A stretch of 64,000 nucleotides of DNA from an uncultured Acidobacteriota bacterium (GTDB taxonomy: Bacteria > Acidobacteriota > JAQAZP01), in contig CAWIIB010000009.1 of assembly GCA_963836075.1 (NCBI GenBank), positions 1,088,001-1,152,000 on the forward strand, written 5' to 3'. The notes beneath the pieces were generated by a model. That model was not told the origin of the DNA. It worked only from the letters and a program-made list of their open reading frames with translations, and did no database searches. Each line of letters opens with the position of its first letter. The first letter of the stretch is position 1. Made by a program: the position numbers and the translations under genes. This document shows positions 47,427-57,353 of this stretch, piece by piece.

Positions 47427-49913
47427 ATGATCCTTCCGATCGGGCATGACCAGACTGAAGTCCGGCGGCAGCCGTGGGTCACCTTCACCATCATGGGGCT
47501 CTGTATCCTGGTCCACCTGCTGGTCAGCTTTGCCCCGGGGGTCAGCGAGACCGAGGTCGGCGAAGACCTCACCAAGGCTGTGGACTACTGGATGACCCAC
47601 CCCTACCTCGAACTGCCCGAGAGGCTCCGCGAGGAACTGCTGGCCGGATTCCCCGAGGAGGAACTCAACACCTGGCAGGTGATGCTGGAGCAGCAGGCCG
47701 GGCCCCGCCCGGCGGAGTCGGTTATCGCCCGGGAACAGATGGAGCTGGACCAGATGGCGGAGAAGAGCTTCGCCAGCATCGGGGAACTGCCGATTCACAA
47801 ATACGGCCTGGTGCCGGCCAGGACGACCGTCCTGACCCTCTTTACCCACATGTTTCTCCACGTGGGCTGGATGCACCTGCTGGGCAATCTCTTCTTCCTC
47901 TACCTCACCGGCCCGTTCATCGAGGATGTCTGGGGCCGTCCGATCTTCCTGGGCTTCTACCTGCTGGGCGGCCTCGTCTCCGGCGGCCTGTTTGCCCTGC
48001 GCTACGCCGATCTGACCATTCCGCTGGTGGGGGCTTCAGGGGCCATTGCCGCCTGCATGGGCGCCTTTCTCGTCCGCTACTGGCACATCAATATCAAGTT
48101 CTTCTACTGGATCGGATTTTTCTTCCGCGGCACCTTCAAGGCGCCGGCCTGGCTGATGCTCCCGCTCTGGCTGCTCCGTGAGGTTTTTGCCGCGACGATG
48201 ATGGACTCTCTCGACCCCAGCGGCCGCAGCGGCGGCACCGCCTTCTGGGCCCATGTCTGGGGTTTTCTTTTTGGTGCCGGGGTGGCCCTGATCATCCGCT
48301 CGCTCAAGATCGAGCAGCGGTTCATCCACGGCGCCATCGAGGCCAAGACCACCGTGGTCAACAATGCGGTGGTGGCCGAGGCGCTGGAGGCCCAGGACGA
48401 CGGCCGCAGCGACGAGGCTTTCGCCAGCCTGAGCTCGGAGGTGCAGCGCAATCCGGGCAACTCGGAGGCGGTGCTGGCCCTCTGGGGGATGGCCGTGGGC
48501 GCGTCCCGGGTGGCCGAGGCCGTGCCGGCGATGCAGCGGTTGCTGCGCGAAGAGGTGCGGGCCGGCGAGTTCGACCTGGCCATGACCCACCGCAACGAAC
48601 TGTCGGAGTTCGCGCCGGACGCCACGGTGGAACCGCTGGTGGACCTGCGGCTGGCCGAGTTCATGCTGAAGGACGAGCAGAGCGATCAAGCCGCGGCGCT
48701 GCTGCGCAACGCGCTGGGGCAGGTCTCGGCGGATGCCTCTCCCGGGATGCTGACCCGGCTGTCCCGTCTGGCCTGCCAGGCCGACCCGGTGGTGGGTCTC
48801 GATGCCGTGAATCTGGCCCTGGCCCACCCTGAACTGCCCGAGGACGCACGTGAGGAATTGGAAAAGATGAAAGGTGAGCTGGCCGCCAAACAGCCGGCGG
48901 AGGTGCATGAAATGCCCGATTTTGGCGGTGGGGCGACCCTGGAAGCGGACGGCATCTCCATCCCGGGGTTCGAATCCAACTCCATTGCCACACCGGAGGA
49001 GGAACCGGAGACGGTGCCCGCGGCGGGATTCGGTTTTGTCCCTGATGTGGGCGGTGATGCACCGGTGGATCCCGACGCATTTGAAGCCATGCCGGACATT
49101 CCGGGTTTCGAGACCAACGCGCGGCAGGATCCGGCGGCCCCGGATACCGGATTCCCCGACCCGGCGTGGCCCACGGCGGTCCCGCCGGTGGGCGGTGACG
49201 CGCCGACGGCCGATCCGGCCGACCTGGTGCCCGAGCCGGTTGCGGTGACCGCCCCGGCAGTGGAAACAGCGGAACAGACGTGGGACATGATCGATCCGGT
49301 CATGGGAGCCGACGCCCTGACGGTGGACCCGGCGCCCCCGACTCTGGGGGCCGAGGCTGTTGTTGCGGCGCCTGCGCCTCCGGCCCCGAAGGCCGAGCCC
49401 GTGGTCGCTGCCTCTGCGCCGGGGCCCGCATCACTGCGGAAACCGGGCACCGTGCCGGCCACCGGCCAGACCCCGGCCGGCCCGGAGACACTGCTGAAGA
49501 AACTCGAACTGCACCAGGTGGAGCCGCTGAGCATCGACGGCACGCGGATGACCCTCGACGTGCTGGGCCGCGGGCCGTCCGCCCTGGGGCTGGACAAGGT
49601 GCAGGCGGTGGCCACAGCGGTGATCCGTCCGTCGGGCAAGCAGGCGTTCATCATCATCGACCTGCTGCTGGACCCGCCCTGGGCCACCAAGACCAGTCTG
49701 CGGGTGGTGCGGATGCACAGCGGGCGGCTGGAGCCGACCAAGCTGGTCCCCGAAGCGCCCAACTCGGCAGCGGCTCTGCGGATGATGATCGACAAGCTGC
49801 TGACCGTCAGCCAGGGCATCCCCCTGCCCGACTCCCGCTCGGTGAAGGGGAGCCCCTTCCGCGAGTTCGCCTCCCTTAAGGAATACCAGCTGGAAGTCCT
49901 CCAGGCGAGCTAG
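47427..49913 (+). CDS. Rhomboid intramembrane protease with TPR-like and Pro/Ala-rich C-terminal extension
   Basis: THMFLHVGWMHLLGN, VGASGAI (catalytic Ser), AFWAHVWGF (catalytic His). Confidence 0.92.
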   Translation: MILPIGHDQTEVRRQPWVTFTIMGLCILVHLLVSFAPGVSETEVGEDLTKAVDYWMTHPYLELPERLREELLAGFPEEELNTWQVMLEQQAGPRPAESVIAREQMELDQMAEKSFASIGELPIHKYGLVPARTTVLTLFTHMFLHVGWMHLLGNLFFLYLTGPFIEDVWGRPIFLGFYLLGGLVSGGLFALRYADLTIPLVGASGAIAACMGAFLVRYWHINIKFFYWIGFFFRGTFKAPAWLMLPLWLLREVFAATMMDSLDPSGRSGGTAFWAHVWGFLFGAGVALIIRSLKIEQRFIHGAIEAKTTVVNNAVVAEALEAQDDGRSDEAFASLSSEVQRNPGNSEAVLALWGMAVGASRVAEAVPAMQRLLREEVRAGEFDLAMTHRNELSEFAPDATVEPLVDLRLAEFMLKDEQSDQAAALLRNALGQVSADASPGMLTRLSRLACQADPVVGLDAVNLALAHPELPEDAREELEKMKGELAAKQPAEVHEMPDFGGGATLEADGISIPGFESNSIATPEEEPETVPAAGFGFVPDVGGDAPVDPDAFEAMPDIPGFETNARQDPAAPDTGFPDPAWPTAVPPVGGDAPTADPADLVPEPVAVTAPAVETAEQTWDMIDPVMGADALTVDPAPPTLGAEAVVAAPAPPAPKAEPVVAASAPGPASLRKPGTVPATGQTPAGPETLLKKLELHQVEPLSIDGTRMTLDVLGRGPSALGLDKVQAVATAVIRPSGKQAFIIIDLLLDPPWATKTSLRVVRMHSGRLEPTKLVPEAPNSAAALRMMIDKLLTVSQGIPLPDSRSVKGSPFREFASLKEYQLEVLQAS

Positions 49914-49935
49914 TGCCGGGCCACCCTCCATTTTC

Positions 49936-49967
49936 AAAAAAAAGCCGCTCCGATGAAGGAGCGGCTT
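49936..49967 (-). terminator. Rho-independent (possibly bidirectional) terminator
   Basis: AAGCCGCTCC-GATGAA-GGAGCGGCTT with an A-tract, between convergent genes. Confidence 0.85.
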
Positions 49968-50002
49968 GATGTCGGCCTGAACGTGCCGGTGGGGGTCGAC
50001 CC

Positions 50003-51901
50003 TTATTCTGTTGCCTGCTTGTCGAGGATCGCCTCGATCTGGTCCATCACGTCGTTCATCACCTTCACCGTGGCCCGGTAGGGTTCGGGGGAAGTGAGGT
50101 CCACGCCGGCCTTCTTCACCAGCTCCACCGAGTAGTCGCTGCTGCCGGCCTTGAGGAAGTCCATGTAGCGTTCCAGTGCGCCTTCCTCGCCGTCGAGGAT
50201 CTTCTGCGACAGCGCGGTGGAGGCGACGAAGCTGGTGGAATACTGGTAGACGTAGAAGTTGTAGTAGAAGTGGCGGATGTAGGCCCACTCCACGTTGTAG
50301 AGCGGGTTGATGGTCATCACGCCCTCGTCGTGGCCGTGGTAGCGGCGCAGCAGCTCGCCGTAGACCTCGTTCAGCTTTTCGCCGGTGAGCGCCTCGCCCT
50401 TTTCCACCAGCTCGTGGATCTTCAGCTCGAACTCGGCGAACATGGTCTGGCGGTAGAATGTGCCGCGCAGGTTGTCGAGGTAGCTGCCCAGCAGGAAGAG
50501 CTTCTCATCGTCGCTTTTTGCCCGTTCAAGCAGGTAGGGGTTGAGCAGTGCTTCGTTGAGAGTGGAGGCGATCTCGGCGACAAAGATGGTGTAGTCGGCC
50601 GTGGGGTAGGGCTGGGTCTTGTTCGAGAAGTAGGTCTGCATGGCGTGGCCGCACTCGTGGGCCAGGGTGGAGAGGCTGTTGTAGTCGTCGACGTAGTTCA
50701 GCAGCATGTAGGGGTGGACGTCGTAGGCCGAGCCGCTCATGTAGGCCCCGCTCCGCTTGCCCTGGCTGGGATAGACGTCGATCCAGCGCGACTCGATCCC
50801 GTTGGCCAGCCCGTTGACATACTCCTCGCCCAGCGGGGCCAGCGACTCGAGCATCAGCTTCACGCCCTCGTCGTAGGGAAAGTCCATCTCCACTTCCTTC
50901 ACGATGGGCGGGTAGATGTCGTAGTAGTGGAGCTCGTCCAGGCCGAGCATCCGCTGGCGCAGCTTGAGGTAGCGGTGCAGCGTGGGCAGGCTGGCGTTCA
51001 CCTCGCGGATCAGGGTGTGGTAGACGTCGGTGGGGATGTTGCCCGCATCGAGAGCCGACTCCAGTGACGAGTTGTAGTTGCGCACCTTGGTGTAGAAGAG
51101 ATCGCGCTTTACCCCGGAGTAGAGGCTGGTGCCCAGGGTGCGGCCGAACTCGTTGAACTTGGTCCAGAAGGCGTCGAAGACGGCGATGCGGTCCTCGCGC
51201 ACCGGCGATGAGCGGTGTTTGGTGTAGGCCGACTGGTCCATCAGGACCTTCTCTCCGCTGGAGAGCTCCACCGTGGGGTAGGGCATGTCGGCGCCGACAA
51301 AGATGCCGTAGAGGTCGAAGGGGGCGCCGGAGACCAGCGACGCGGTGGCGATCACTTCCTCCTCCCCCTCGCCCAGCGTGTGCTCGCGCCGCCGCTGGAG
51401 ATCGTCGAGGAGCATCCGGTAGTCCAGAAGCGCAGGTTCCTCGGCGAGGAAGCCGTCAATTACCTTGGGGTCGAGGGCCAGGATCTCGGGATCGACAAAG
51501 GAGACCGCGGCGCCGAGGGTGGTGCCCACCTGGCCGATCTCCTGCTTCATGGCCAGCGGTCCGGCCTCGCGGGTGTCGGTGTCGGAGTTCAGGCTGGCAT
51601 AGGTGCGGATGCGGGCATACTCTTTGGAGATGTCGGAGATCAGGGCGAAGGCTTCGGCCATCACGGCCGCGGACTCGCCCAGTCGGCCCCGGTACTGGTC
51701 GATGGCCGGGATCCGTCCCTCGAGAGCCTTTTTGGCCTTGACCCATGCTTCATCGTTGGGGTAGAGGTCGTCCAGGTTCCAGGCGTATTTTTCGTCGTTC
51801 ATTGCTGCCTCGTCGGAAGCCGTCGCGGGAACCGACGGTGCGGGGAGGAAGGTGAGCAGAAGTGCCGCCAGTATCAGCGGTGTGGCGAATCGGGTGTTCA
51901 T
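50003..51901 (-). CDS. pepF: Oligoendopeptidase F (M3B) with signal peptide
   Basis: WNLDDLY, WIDVY...GKRSGAY, TLAHECGHAM, FVAEIAST.NE, HFYYNFYVYQY. Confidence 0.96.
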   Translation of the reverse strand: MNTRFATPLILAALLLTFLPAPSVPATASDEAAMNDEKYAWNLDDLYPNDEAWVKAKKALEGRIPAIDQYRGRLGESAAVMAEAFALISDISKEYARIRTYASLNSDTDTREAGPLAMKQEIGQVGTTLGAAVSFVDPEILALDPKVIDGFLAEEPALLDYRMLLDDLQRRREHTLGEGEEEVIATASLVSGAPFDLYGIFVGADMPYPTVELSSGEKVLMDQSAYTKHRSSPVREDRIAVFDAFWTKFNEFGRTLGTSLYSGVKRDLFYTKVRNYNSSLESALDAGNIPTDVYHTLIREVNASLPTLHRYLKLRQRMLGLDELHYYDIYPPIVKEVEMDFPYDEGVKLMLESLAPLGEEYVNGLANGIESRWIDVYPSQGKRSGAYMSGSAYDVHPYMLLNYVDDYNSLSTLAHECGHAMQTYFSNKTQPYPTADYTIFVAEIASTLNEALLNPYLLERAKSDDEKLFLLGSYLDNLRGTFYRQTMFAEFELKIHELVEKGEALTGEKLNEVYGELLRRYHGHDEGVMTINPLYNVEWAYIRHFYYNFYVYQYSTSFVASTALSQKILDGEEGALERYMDFLKAGSSDYSVELVKKAGVDLTSPEPYRATVKVMNDVMDQIEAILDKQATE

Positions 51902-52173
51902 GACGTTTTCACCTTTCGCGGAAGCGATCCCGGTGCGCGGCCGGCGTGCCCCGGCGGGGACCAGATGTTGCAAAACGAAATATCAACTTGATTTTCAGTG
52001 CCTTAGAGGCATTTGAGAAGCACATTTATACCTGCTGGATCGGGGGTTGTCAAGAAATCGCTTGCCTTGAAAGGCCCGGGAACGTACTCATGTGATATAG
52101 TAGGAATTGTTTGTTTTTGTCGAAAACGCGGTTCAAACGCGGGTAATGATCAAGGATTTACGCGGAGCGCACC

Positions 52174-53142
52174 ATGAAGCCCACCCGAAAAACTGCACTG
52201 CTGACCCTCATCTTCCTTTTTGTCGCGGGGATGACCCCGCTGTTCGCCGGATCGGTGACCATCGGCGCCGATGGCGAGCTGAGCCTCAACCGCCCATTCT
52301 GCGGCACCTGAAGCAGCAACATCAGATACCAGGTACTGGTATTGGCAAGTGAGATTCCCGAGCGCTGCGAGCTGAAGGCCATCGAGTTCTACGCCAACCA
52401 CGCGTCCTTCTACCACGGGCAGTTCGAACAGATCGAGTTCCTCGCCGGCCACATCGCCGAGGACCGGCTGAGCACCACCTTTGCCGACAACTATGTCTAT
52501 GAAACGCCTACCACGGTCTACTACCGCGGAGTCGAAGACGTAAAATTCGAGGTGGGTTTGTGGAACGAGTTCATCTTTGACACGCCCTTCATCTACAACG
52601 GCGAAGACCACCTGCTGCTGGAGTTCCGCTACAACGGCAGCAGCAGCCAGAGCATCTACAACCTCGGCTGGTTTTACGGGGGCAGCGACCGGGTGATCGA
52701 CGGCTTCCTCGGGCAGGATACCGGCTGGGCCCGGGAGATGATGCCCTCCTTCCGCCTGATCTTCAGCCCGCTGATCACCATCTCGGCCGAGATGAGCTGT
52801 TCGCCCTCGGCGGGGACGCTCCCCTTCTCCAGCGCCATGACGGTGAACCTGGTCAACAACGTCGACGACCAGGCCCGCACCGCGGCCGGCCACATCGATC
52901 TGGCCCTGGGCAACGGCGTACTGTATGGCAACTGGCGCAGCGGCTGGGTGGACCTGGCCCCCGGCGGCTGGAACCACAAGTCGTGGAACCAGCAGATCCC
53001 GGCCCATTTCTCGTTCTTCGGCAGCAGCGAGTTCCGCCTGGTGGTGCAGGACGTGACCCCGGCGCCGTACAACCAGCCGCCCTATCTCGCCTCGGGCGAC
53101 GTCAGCTCACGCGTCTGCACCTTCACCGGCGCCGTGCCGTAA
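52174..53142 (+). CDS. Secreted protein with CxxU motif (predicted Sec46) and the 122-aa C-terminal domain
   Basis: GGAG RBS, ATG at 52174, signal peptide MKPTRKTALLTLIFLFVAGMTPLFA, then ...NRPFCGT-TGA(52309-52311)-SSNIRYQVLVLASEI, in frame with track ORF 52342..53142. Confidence 0.82.
52312..52345 (+). promoter_or_regulatory. Candidate bacterial SECIS hairpin
   Basis: AUACCAG-GUA-CUGGUAU perfect 7-bp stem (52326-52342); loop begins with G, 21 nt after the UGA. Confidence 0.7.
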
Positions 53143-53149
53143 TGACACA

Positions 53150-53297
53150 GGGGACGTACATAAAAAATATAACTAGTCCCTAAGCCGTTCTAATAATATG
53201 AGATATTGATTTCATTGCGGCGCCGTGCCGATCGGCGTCCGTAACTCTTTTCTATTTAGCAGGTTGGGCGCTAGTTATACTTTTTATGTACGTCCCC
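53150..53297. mobile_element. 148-bp MITE/REP-like element, GGGGACGTACAT subfamily
   Basis: 27-bp TIRs GGGGACGTACATAAAAAATATAACTAG / CTAGTTATACTTTTTATGTACGTCCCC (1 mismatch); same arms as 15763-15825. Confidence 0.9.
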
Positions 53298-53307
53298 AAG
53301 CCCGAGC

Positions 53308-55014
53308 CTACTCTGTTTTTCCCACCTGGATCGAGTGGGTTACGTAGGAGACCTCCGCGGCCAGCTCGTCCTTGACCCCCACCGCCATTCTCTGGAAGCC
53401 GGAAGCCATCACCAGGTTCAGCTCGTAGGTGTAGACCTGCAGGCGGGCCTTTTCCCAGTCCGCTTCGGGGATGGTGATCGGCAACACGTGCTCCTGTACC
53501 GGCGAAAGATCCCCGTTGTCCTTGCGGGCGGCCACGGTGATCAGCACCCGGCCCTGGTGGCTGCCCCCGCGGTTGAGCAGGGTCAGTTTGCCCAGGGGGA
53601 TGCGCACCTCCACCGGGACGATGTAGTTGCCGTCCTCGTAGGGCTGGTGCTGGCCGGTCCGCAGCTCGAAGCCGAGGGCATTGTTCTGGTAGCCCAGGAC
53701 CAGCGCGGAGATGGTGCCTTCCTCCATCTGCCGTGCCGGAGTCTGATCGCGGTAGCCCTTGCGCTGGCGGACGGTGAGCCCCGGACCCTTGACCTTGACC
53801 TTGGTACGGTGGAACTGGCCGTCGCCGGCGTGGCCGGGCCGGAAGCCGAGGGAGTAGTAGCTCTTGAAGTCCGAGGCAATCCGCTCCAGGCCGCCGGCGA
53901 TGTTGTTGGTCCCGGTGATCGCCACCCCGCCGGTGTTCCCGGAGATGAACTTCAGCGAGGCCTGCATGTTGGTCGCCGTCACCGCATCGATGGTCCCGGA
54001 AAAGTCGCGCGACCGGTCCTGGGCATCGGACCCGCTCACGTTGCGCTGCCCCACGGCGTCGATGGTGTAGAGGGTCACCTGGTTGGCGTTGGCCAGCATG
54101 GTGACCTCCTCGAAGCGGCGGGTGGCGTCGAAACTCATGGAGCGCAGCATCGCGCCGCTATTGGGGGATTTCTCTTCGATGGCGTAGAACATCTCCTCGG
54201 CCGCCTTCATCGGCAGGCCGTCACTGACGTAGAGCAGCGCCTTGCGCCCCTCGATGCCGGAGAGGAAACCGAGCATCTCGTTCAGGGCGTCGAGGGAGAA
54301 CCGCAGTTCGTTGTTAATCGACTCGGCGAAGTTTTCGACCCGCGGCAGCATCCGGATACCGGTCCCGGACTCGGCGATCTCGTTCAGCAGGTCGCGGCGG
54401 TCCTGCTCGTAGAAATTTCGGTCCCCGCCCTTCTCGTCGATCTGATCGATGGTGTATATGATCCGCGCGTGGTCGGTGGTGAAGGTGTTGTCAATGATCA
54501 GCGACCGGTCGTAGGTCACCATCATCACCCGGTCGCCCTCTTCCAGCTCCACGCGGAGGAAGTTCTTCAGCGCGCTGAGCACCTTCTTGCGGTTGAAGGG
54601 GTGAATGTTGAAGTTGTCGATATAGATCACCAGGTGCAGCGGCTGCTTTTTCGGCAGCGGCGGCGCCACCTCCGGCTCCACTGCCGGCGCTTCCCCGCCC
54701 AGGGTCACCTCCCCGCCGTCCACGGCGTAGAAGTTGCTGACCGTGGTCTCCTGCCCGTCCACCACCAGCTCGAAATCGTCGCGGGTCAGACCCTTCACCG
54801 CATTGCCGTCCTTGTCGGTGACAAAGACCTCCAGCTCGATCACCCGCACCTCGATGATCTCGGTGAACAGCGGGTCGGAGAGGGCGGTCTGGCCGGTGGT
54901 CGGCGGTGCCTGCTCCTCGCCGCCAACCGGGGTCATCTCTGGGAGTTCCTGGGCCGTTGCCGGCAGGGCAGTGGCCATGAGCAGGACGAAAAGGACGGTG
55001 AGCAGTGGTTTCAT
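53308..55014 (-). CDS. Secreted VWA domain protein (Acidobacteria-type VWFA)
   Basis: VIELEVFVTDKDGNAVKGLTRDDFEL..DG, GRKALLYVSDG, TGG, YYSLGF.P, VRQRKGY. Confidence 0.9.
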   Translation of the reverse strand: MKPLLTVLFVLLMATALPATAQELPEMTPVGGEEQAPPTTGQTALSDPLFTEIIEVRVIELEVFVTDKDGNAVKGLTRDDFELVVDGQETTVSNFYAVDGGEVTLGGEAPAVEPEVAPPLPKKQPLHLVIYIDNFNIHPFNRKKVLSALKNFLRVELEEGDRVMMVTYDRSLIIDNTFTTDHARIIYTIDQIDEKGGDRNFYEQDRRDLLNEIAESGTGIRMLPRVENFAESINNELRFSLDALNEMLGFLSGIEGRKALLYVSDGLPMKAAEEMFYAIEEKSPNSGAMLRSMSFDATRRFEEVTMLANANQVTLYTIDAVGQRNVSGSDAQDRSRDFSGTIDAVTATNMQASLKFISGNTGGVAITGTNNIAGGLERIASDFKSYYSLGFRPGHAGDGQFHRTKVKVKGPGLTVRQRKGYRDQTPARQMEEGTISALVLGYQNNALGFELRTGQHQPYEDGNYIVPVEVRIPLGKLTLLNRGGSHQGRVLITVAARKDNGDLSPVQEHVLPITIPEADWEKARLQVYTYELNLVMASGFQRMAVGVKDELAAEVSYVTHSIQVGKTE

Positions 55015-55113
55015 GAAACAGCCCCCAAGCTGATGGTTTACCGGTCTGTGTCAATACGACTTCGAGGTCATTTTACAACATTCGCAGCCGGGATGCAGGA
55101 GCCGGGCCGGCAC

Positions 55114-55316
55114 TCAGGGCAGCACCGGCCTGGTGCTGCGGATGGTCTGGCGGTAGAGGGGCAGATACTTCTTCACCAGCACCTGGTCCCAGGAGCAGTT
55201 GGTCCGCACGTGTTCGGCGGCCTGGACCTGGATCTTGCGCAGGGCGGTGGTGCGGGTGCGGCGGTAGGCGCGCAGCGCCCGCTCGATGGAGTCGGACCCG
55301 GAACCGAGGCCAGCAG
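55114..55316 (-). pseudogene. Displaced, internally deleted duplicate of the 3' end of the GT5 gene at 57354-59042
   Basis: 55114-55289 matches 57354-57529 (about 95%); 55278-55316 matches 57788-57827; the join lies at a shared CCCGCTCGAT. Confidence 0.93.
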
Positions 55317-55389
55317 GGGCAGATGAAGGGTGATTACGGCGTCTGCATGAAATGTACTGTGTAACAAAAGTCTTTCCCACCACCCGGCC

Positions 55390-56208
55390 ATGGTGCGGGT
55401 GCTCGATTCTGCCGGGGGGGTGCTGTGGCAGTTTCAGGCGTACGGGACACCGCGCTACGGGGTGAATGTCTGCGCCGGTGACCTGGACGGCGATGGTACC
55501 GAGGAGATCGTCACCGGCGCCGGGCCGGGCGAGGTGTACGGTCCGCATGTCCGGGGGTGGATGCTGAGCGGAAACCAGATCGTGCCCTTGGGGAACGTCA
55601 GCTTTCTTGCTTACGGCACGAACCGCTTCGGGGTCAACGTGGCCTGTGGTGATATCGATGGCGACGGGTATGAAGAGATCGTTACGGGTGCCGGTCCGGG
55701 TGCGGTCTTCGGCCCGCACGTAAGGGGCTGGAACGTGGACGGTGGCGCGGCCGTTGCGCTGCCCGGGGTGAGCTACCTGGCCTACGGCACGCCGCGCTGG
55801 GGGGTCAACGTGGCCTGCGGCGATATCGACGGTGACGGGATCGACGAGATCCTCACCGGACCTGGGCCCAGTGAGCAGTTCGGTTCCCACGTCCGGGGGT
55901 GGAACTATGATGGTGAAACATTGGTCCCGATCCCCGGGGTCAACTTCTTCGCCTTCACGGGTATCCCTCAATCCATGGGCTGCACGGTGGCCTGCGGCGA
56001 CCTGGACAACGACCACATCGATGAGATCCTCACTGTGCCTGGCCCCCATCCCGACAACCCGGCCCGCCTGAAATCATGGAACTATGATGGGGAGACCCTG
56101 ACCCAGATCGAGCGGATGAGTTTCATGGTGTTCGAAGAGGGATCGTACATGGCCGGGGCCCGGCTGGCCTTCGGGAACTTCCACCAGTCCCCGCCCTTCC
56201 TGCCGTGA
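55390..56208 (+). CDS. Stand-alone (probably 5'-truncated) FG-GAP-like repeat module
   Basis: Same repeats as the C-terminus of 39005..41257; begins mid-motif (HPAMVRV versus NPPLVRV); no signal peptide. Confidence 0.75.
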   Translation: MVRVLDSAGGVLWQFQAYGTPRYGVNVCAGDLDGDGTEEIVTGAGPGEVYGPHVRGWMLSGNQIVPLGNVSFLAYGTNRFGVNVACGDIDGDGYEEIVTGAGPGAVFGPHVRGWNVDGGAAVALPGVSYLAYGTPRWGVNVACGDIDGDGIDEILTGPGPSEQFGSHVRGWNYDGETLVPIPGVNFFAFTGIPQSMGCTVACGDLDNDHIDEILTVPGPHPDNPARLKSWNYDGETLTQIERMSFMVFEEGSYMAGARLAFGNFHQSPPFLP

Positions 56209-56389
56209 TCGGTCCAGGATCATTCCTGATCCCGTGCGAGTTGGCCGGTAGTCCGGACTGTTTCATGTCTTGCACGTTACATAGCAGATGCTATATCTTT
56301 GAAATGATTTTAGTCGGTTTCCAAGCGGACGTTGATTTTGGATCCCGGGGAGGCTTCAGTGGATGAATCCGACTCTCGGAGGTTGATCG

Positions 56390-56680
56390 ATGAACAGGCA
56401 GCGCGTCCTTGAGTTGCTGAGCCGCAGCAAGCAAGAGTTGCAGTCCCGTTTCGGAGTGACCCGATTGGCGCTTTTCGGCTCGACCGCCCGCGATACGGCC
56501 GCCAGCGGCAGCGACATCGATATCCTGGTGGCCTTTGACGGCCCGGCTACCTCCAAGCGCTATTTCGGCGTGCAGTTCTTTCTGGAAGACCTCTTGGGCT
56601 GCCCGGTCGATCTGGTCACCGAGAAGGCCCTGCGGCCGGAACTTCGCCCCTACATCGAACAGGAGCAGCTCAATGTCTGA
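56390..56680 (+). CDS. Minimal nucleotidyltransferase (MNT antitoxin)
   Basis: FGVTRLALFGSTARD....SDIDILV.F...FLEDLLGCPVDLVT; GGAGG RBS. Confidence 0.94.
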   Translation: MNRQRVLELLSRSKQELQSRFGVTRLALFGSTARDTAASGSDIDILVAFDGPATSKRYFGVQFFLEDLLGCPVDLVTEKALRPELRPYIEQEQLNV

Positions 56681-57029
56681 TACCGGCAAACGCGAATGGC
56701 GTTTCTACCTCGAAGACATGATCGGCTTCGCCAAAAAGGTTCTGTCGTACACAAACGGCCTCGACCAGGCCGGTTTCGTCGCCAATGAGCTTGTTTATGA
56801 CGCCACCCTGCGAAACCTGGAGTTGATCGGCGAAACCGCTACCCGCATCCCTGACGAAGTCCGTGAGGACCATTCAGACATCCCATGGCGAATGATCATT
56901 GCCACCCGCAACCGGCTCATTCACGGCTATCTCGGTATCGATGACGACACGCTCTGGAGCATCATCCGTGATGATGTGCCCGGGCTGCTTCAACGGTTGA
57001 AGGCGATGAAGAAATCGGTGCGATCATGA
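56673..57029 (+). CDS. HEPN / DUF86 (HepT-like) RNase toxin
   Basis: DATLRNLELIGE, IPWRMI, RNRLIHGY (RxxxxH); overlaps the MNT gene. Confidence 0.94.
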   Translation: MSDTGKREWRFYLEDMIGFAKKVLSYTNGLDQAGFVANELVYDATLRNLELIGETATRIPDEVREDHSDIPWRMIIATRNRLIHGYLGIDDDTLWSIIRDDVPGLLQRLKAMKKSVRS

Positions 57030-57105
57030 GATCCGGCAACATCGAGATCGTCGATCACTTTTTCACCGCCGAACCGATCAAGCGGCTGAAGAAGGGGGAC
57101 GCCCA

Positions 57106-57348
57106 ATGGCCATGATCCGCCGACCCGAGAAATTCCCGGAGACGGTGAAAGAGGTCCGGCGGCTGCTGGCACTGTCCCAGGAAGAACTCGCCCATGCCCT
57201 CGGAGTGAGCTTCTCCACGGTCAACCGCTGGGAGAACGGCAGGACCGCGCCATCGAAACTGGCGCAACGGCAGTTCGAACGGTTCTGTGAGCAGCGCAAA
57301 GTTGCGGTTTCCCTTCCCGTCGACGAAGGGAAAACAGGTTTCCCCTGA
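57106..57348 (+). CDS. XRE family HTH protein
   Basis: VKEVRRLLALSQEELAHALGVSFSTVNRWENGRTAPS. Confidence 0.9.
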   Translation: MAMIRRPEKFPETVKEVRRLLALSQEELAHALGVSFSTVNRWENGRTAPSKLAQRQFERFCEQRKVAVSLPVDEGKTGFP

Positions 57349-57353
57349 TGCTG

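Noticed and set aside
51980-52010. AT-rich TAAG..CTGAAAATCAA motif as a recombinase or dif-like site
   Set aside because: Only a loose resemblance; it lies in a divergent promoter region with no recombinase nearby.
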